Below, piece by piece: positions 50,822-55,895 of a stretch of DNA of 55,895 nucleotides. The position numbers were made by a program, and so were the translations under genes. Source of the DNA: Lobosporangium transversale (Eukaryota); contig NW_019029010.1 in assembly GCF_002105155.1 (NCBI RefSeq), positions 434,001 to 489,895 of the forward strand. Reading direction: 5' to 3'. The notes under the pieces are model-generated. The model worked only from the letters and a program-made list of their open reading frames with translations. It was not told the DNA's origin and ran no database searches. Numbering within the stretch: the stretch's first letter is position 1; each line of letters starts with the position of its first letter.

Positions 50822-50983
50822 GATGTAATTGATGTGAATGAGTGTAGCGTATTGATGAGTAAGAAAAGTAATGAAAGAGTCTTTTTTGTTCCCCACGCTT
50901 TTTTATTGGAAATCTAGATTTGGCTGAAAATACGTCACACTATGGCAGTTAAGGGGCGTCCGATCCCTGTAACCCTGTAAATA

Positions 50984-51636
50984 TTCTTTTGACCAGTTAA
51001 ATTGGCAAAATTTTTTTTTTTTGTACAACACGTAAACCAAGAATGGCAATGAATATTCTAGCAAAACAACAATTTTTGCATCATCAATTTGGTTATTAGA
51101 TTTAACATATTCCTGTCTCGCCTTCAGAGATTTTTTCTTCATTCAACACTACACCATGCCACGTTCAAAGAACTATCAACGTCTTGATTCTGGTCTTCGT
51201 CAAAAAATTATCAGCTCAATCTTTGATGAAGGATTGACTTAAAAAGACACTTTGAATGATAATGGACATGTTTACTTGCGATTGCCTCCCTACACCCCTC
51301 ATCTCAATGCGGCCGAATGGGTCTTTAGTAGCATCAAGAGGCATGAACGGCGTCAAGAGCTTCAAAACCACGAAACATTGACAAAGCATATCAATGATGG
51401 TATTCTCAAGATTGACGCAAAAAATGTCCAGGGATGGATCCGCGAAGTCAATAGAAATTTTGTCCTTGTAAACAGAGGCGAACCTTTGGGTAGATTCTAC
51501 AACAGTACCCACCAATAAAAAAATTAGCCAAATTGATGATCCAAAAATTGTTGTTTTGCTGGAATACACATTGCCATTCTTGGTTTACGTGTTGTACAAA
51601 AAATTTTTTTTTTGCCAATTTAACTGGTCAAAAGAA
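50984..51636 (+). mobile_element. Internally deleted, non-autonomous Tc1/IS630-family DNA transposon (653 bp)
   Basis: ~112-bp TIRs at 50984-51095 and 51525-51636 start TTCTTTTGACCAGTTAAATTGGC, with TA on both flanks. The residual ORF 51156-51518 joins an N-terminal HTH-like start (stop at 51240) in frame to LPPYTPHLNAAEWVFSSIK, the SPDLNPIE-type third catalytic motif. Confidence 0.92.
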
Positions 51637-52940
51637 TATTATATGAGGCAGATTTAAATAGTGCACGACTATCTAGATAAGTTGTGTGGTGTATTCGCCA
51701 CAGTTATAAGCTTATGTGGAATTGGATGTGTTTTTTATATGACCATTGAGTAGAGTGCCCCATTTGGATGCACTCTCAAGCCTAGGAGGTAACATCTACA
51801 AACCACAATATTGAATATGTTTAAAACAAAACGCAAACCAATTCAAAGACACGCAGCTTTTGAGCAGTCCCGTTATTCGAAGCCACGCTAAATTTGTTAA
51901 AGACGTGATTGGCCATGTACAATAGCATGTATTGCCATCTTCCAAGCGATTATGGAACAACTGTACTCGCCCATCGCCTTTACTTTGAGTTCTGTCTGCT
52001 CTTTCTACAATTGTATGCCATTAAACAATATTCGAACATCGGCTTTTCACAAACATTTATTTACCTCTCAAGCTCTAGGTCTCAAGGCAATCTTAGCTCT
52101 GTAGATGAATACATTCAAGCACCATTTTTCTGTCGGCGGACGGAATTTTTTTTTTTTTTTTTTTTTTTTTCAGAAGCATTAAGTGAAAGTAAATAACTTA
52201 AAAAATCATAAGATGTTTTTAAGCCAACCATTTCAGGTAGTTTTAAAACATTATCGAGTCACTTAGACGATTTGTCACAATATTAAAAAGAAACCCAGGG
52301 AATAGACATTAAAGTTACCTGAAAGAAAGTTTGGTCAAAATGGGGTTTTCTGATTTTTTATATCTTGAACCTCTGACAAACAGCTCATATGCGACATAAA
52401 GACTTCATCAATAAGATGGAAGTTTACACTTTTGTTAATGAGGTCAACATGGGCAACTACCGGGGTTTTTGGGCAGTACCTCCCAAGGAAAAACGAAAAA
52501 GAAAAAGGAATGAAGACAATGCTTCGCTTCAAATTTTTATGTTATTGACCAAACTTTCTTTCAGGTCAGTGAACAGATACAGTCAAATTTTTTTGTTGGC
52601 CCCAACTTTAAATTATTTGGCCCATGAAGCTTTATGACAGCAAGGATGGGGATATGTCGGTGGCAATTTCCTTGACTGCCTCATTGGCAATTCAGTTGAC
52701 CATACAGTTAGTTGCTTAGTTGACTATTCCATTGGCTATTCCATCGACCGCTTTGTTGCCCAACCCATCGACTGTTCCATAGAGGGGTTTTGATCCTCTC
52801 TGAAATATTGATTTAGGCGTTACGCTTTGAGGAATGTGAAGGAGTTGTCAGTCGCATCAATGAGGCCACAAGATGCATTGTCTTTATTCGAAAATGGACT
52901 GCTCACGCTATTACCTTTTCCCTCGTTGTATTGAGGCCAT

Positions 52941-53938
52941 CCATGCTTTGAAATGAGACATCAGACCAACATTACACAAAAACTTGAGTAACCTACAATA
53001 CTGGCATTCTAGCATTCGACACAAGAGGAGAAGAGGAGAGAAGGAGCCAATATCGAAGAGTTAAAAAGCAGCATGATAGCTATGCCTAATCTGACTCTGC
53101 CTTGAATACATTGACCGGTTCCTCTGATTAGGACACAATCCCTTTGTTGTATATATGTATTTTGGAATGATCGATAGAGTCATTATTATTGTTAATTGGA
53201 GCAAGCCATATGTTCATTACTCGCACCAGTAACCCTATCTTAGGTGCCCGTTTTCATTAATAAGCTCGAGCCACAGAACTAACCCTCATTCTTTTTTTCT
53301 TTTTTTTTTTTCTACCTCAGCGACTGGCTGCTCATCTTTCGTTTTAGGGAGCAAAAAAAAGAAAAAAAAAAAAAAAAAAAAGATCATGGGCAACCGTGGG
53401 TTGAATAGGGAAGAGTCGTTAGTATACGTAATGAACGTATGGCTTGCTCCAATTAATAATAATAACGACTATAGACTATCGATCATCTCTTTAATGTTAA
53501 TAGCTTGTTTTCATGCGATCCGACACTATTAAGGTTTGTTTCGTGGCGGTGAACCCACTCATATTGCAACCAGTGAAGTGAGAGGTCCATAATTGGGTTT
53601 CCTCAGTAATTAGGGTAACGTTGCTGTTACATTGGCGTAACCTTAATAACCTTGGATGTGCCAAGCCATTATTCCAAAATACATATATATGGTATGTATA
53701 TATATAATACAAATATATAAATATCTTATAAACAAAGGGATTGTGTCCTAATCAGAGGAACCGGTCAATGTATTCAAGGCAGAGTCAGATTAGGCATAGC
53801 TATCATGCTGCTTTTTAACTCTTCGATATTGGCTCCTTCTCTCCTCTTCTCCTCTTGTGTCGAATGCTAGAATGCCAGTATTGTAGGTTACTCAAATTTT
53901 TGTGTAATGTTGGTCTGATGTCTCATTTTAGAGCATGG
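52941..53938. repeat. ~1 kb nested inverted repeat (foldback-like element)
   Basis: Outer arms 52941-53148 and 53731-53938 (~208 bp, three mismatches seen). Further pairs: ~53151-53168 with ~53671-53688, 53167-53220 with 53428-53486, and a T tract with an A tract near the centre. Confidence 0.9.
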
Positions 53939-54257
53939 GTGCCGTGTTTCATTTAAGGCGTAACTGCTGTGCTGGGTTCACATGCAAAAGAAATAAAGTC
54001 GGGCTCAAGAACTTCCAGTTAACATACACTGTAGCCAGACAATAAGATTTTATCAGAATCGTAATATGACTTAAACCTATGACTTTCATATAAAAAGGTC
54101 CTTCCATCTTTACACTTCCATGCTCCATCACACAATTACGCAGTTTAACCTTCAGGTAATGTACTCTATCTACCTGTAAAACTTCAGAGCCATATGCCAT
54201 TATACTAAATTAATATCTCCTTCTCATTTATGCTTTTATTCATTCACGCTGATAGAG

Positions 54258-54752
54258 ATGCCTTCATTTTATTATTTCTGGGTCCTTCTCGTTGCTCTGT
54301 CGCTGGTTGCCAGCACTATTGATGCTAGTTTTGCATATTGTGTTGCAATTAAAACTGCGTTTATGGATCCCAAAACTGTGGTTGGCTTCCAGCTATTTAA
54401 TGATCGAGGAGACACTGCAAAGCATTACAGGAGTGTTTATTATGCCCACAAGACAGAACTTGCGAACAATGGATGGAAAGTCAAGGTTGATTTAAGTTTC
54501 TATGAGAAAGCGGAGACTCCACACCTACCCGATGCTCTGATAGTCTCACATACCCATCATGGAGAGAATTTGGATTCTGTAATCTATCCACTTCCATTGT
54601 GTCAAAAGTTTCGCAAGGGTGGCACTAGCTGGTCAATTGTCTACAGATGCATTGACAATATGGGCTCGGGATTTTGCAACGCTAATGAGTTCTGGCATCA
54701 GGATTACTGCAGGACCCATTTAGATATGGGTACTGATACCGTTACTTGTTAA
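54258..54752 (+). CDS. Small secreted cysteine-rich protein (164 aa)
   Basis: ATG start and a hydrophobic signal peptide (MPSFYYFWVLLVALSLVASTIDA, cleavage-like). Six Cys including the last residue. AATAAA follows the stop directly. Confidence 0.75.
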   Translation: MPSFYYFWVLLVALSLVASTIDASFAYCVAIKTAFMDPKTVVGFQLFNDRGDTAKHYRSVYYAHKTELANNGWKVKVDLSFYEKAETPHLPDALIVSHTHHGENLDSVIYPLPLCQKFRKGGTSWSIVYRCIDNMGSGFCNANEFWHQDYCRTHLDMGTDTVTC

Positions 54753-55350
54753 ATAAAGGGCCTTACAGGTACTGAGTGACTTTTTACTTCTTGAGTTGAA
54801 TTTGCTTGTAGGGGAGAGTCCGCAGCGTCTTTTAGTTATTTACCTCTGTTCAGTGTGGTTAGTATAGGTGGTTATGTGCAATTAATTATGATAGTCAAGA
54901 GAGCTGGAACAAAGTGAAGTTCGTTTTTCAAGCTGAAAGGAGATTGTTTTGATTTCACGGGTTCATTTTCTCCACAGAAACAAATAAATGAAGTTGAAGT
55001 CCCGTAATATTTTATTTCATCTTGTAAACTATTTGAGCTTATTCATATTTTATATTTGTCTAGAAATTACTTCCTCGCCGTTGCCTCTGACGTTTATTAC
55101 AAAGGTTGAGTCCTGGTAGCACTTACTTTCTTTGTCTTCACTATCGCTAGCATCACTAAATCTGGCTCTGTCTAAATTATTATCAAGCTCAGCTAGATGA
55201 CGCCGCTTGAGATAGTTCGTTAATCTGATACTAAGTACGCTATCCCTGCCACCAAAAACAATGAAAAAATTAAAATAAAAGCTCACCAGAATCTGTAATG
55301 CTGCAAACGTGTTATACAATACTGACTCAAACCTTTGAGGAGGGCTCAAC

Positions 55351-55895
55351 TATCACGCGCACCCCAGGCGCCAAGACGCCAAGCCCAAGTGCCAAGACAC
55401 CAAGCCCCAACCCTATCAATTATCAGTATAAATAGTCCACTACGTTATAGCCAAATAAAGCATCCTTTGACCTTCGATTCCACCTAAGATCACCTTTGAT
55501 TGTTACTATTTACATGGTAGCAAAGGTTCATCGAACCACCGACCCCGCCAGAAACCGCTTATATTTCCCTCTGATATTTTTCCCTAGATCCCTCTGATAT
55601 TTTCCTAGATAAAATTTAAAAATTTACCCCTGCATTTGATTTTTTTTTTTTTTTTTTTTTTTTTTTGCCATGGACAACCTCACCACTTCCTTGAAAGCTC
55701 TTAACCTTGATGCCAGTACCAGCCTATCCGTGCAGAACGCTGTGCAAACCTTCCTCGAATCCCGACAGGATAGTGCTTCTAGCGCTGCCGCCTTTAATGA
55801 CCATGTCCGCACGGTGGCTGCTGTGATAAAACCTACCAAACCAGAACCATACGAGGGAAATGTCGACGCTGTCGCGGTCCTCAACTTCTTGGAGA
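55351..55895 (+). mobile_element. 5' end of an LTR retrotransposon (probably Ty3/gypsy): LTR ~55351-55514, PBS 55515-55525, gag start
   Basis: The putative LTR begins TATCAC (TG-type start mutated), contains TATAAATA at 55427 and AATAAA at 55454, and ends TTACA. It is followed directly by TGGTAGCAAAG, complementary to the initiator tRNA-Met 3' end with one mismatch to TGGTAGCAGAG. The second LTR lies outside the window. Confidence 0.75.
55670..55895 (+). CDS. Retrotransposon Gag N-terminus (runs off the window end)
   Basis: MDNLTTSLKALNL...AAVIKPTKPEPYEGNVDAVAVLNFLE is open to the end of the window. KPEPYxG...FL resembles the P..F.G capsid-start motif of Ty3/gypsy Gag. Confidence 0.75.
   Translation, partial: MDNLTTSLKALNLDASTSLSVQNAVQTFLESRQDSASSAAAFNDHVRTVAAVIKPTKPEPYEGNVDAVAVLNFLE

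Overview
Eukaryotic, intron-containing fungal genomic DNA. It is AT-rich with many long poly-A/poly-T tracts. Gene content (F-box proteins, a Crinkler relic, low-complexity proteins) suggests an early-diverging fungus such as Mortierellaceae; this is inference. Intact genes: the 3' end of YSH1/CPSF73, a coiled-coil protein, a SERCA-type Ca2+-ATPase, an anillin/Bud4-like C2+PH protein, two F-box(-like) proteins, an Msg5/Pmp1-like MAPK phosphatase, a Yap/KapC-like bZIP factor, an aldo-keto reductase ending in SKM, GTP cyclohydrolase II (RIB1), transaldolase (TAL1) and a small secreted Cys-rich protein. Two accessory patches stand out. At about 39-43.5 kb there are two related MITEs, a decayed ORF and a frameshifted Crinkler (Ubl + P-loop) pseudogene. 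At about 51-55.9 kb there are an internally deleted Tc1/IS630 element just upstream of TAL1, a ~1 kb nested foldback, the secreted protein, and the 5' LTR, PBS and gag start of an LTR retrotransposon. The most speculative lead is a structured 552-nt TAL1 intron holding a possible poison exon whose donor lies in mutually exclusive stems. No tRNA, rRNA or CRISPR array was recognised. All calls were made by eye without searches.
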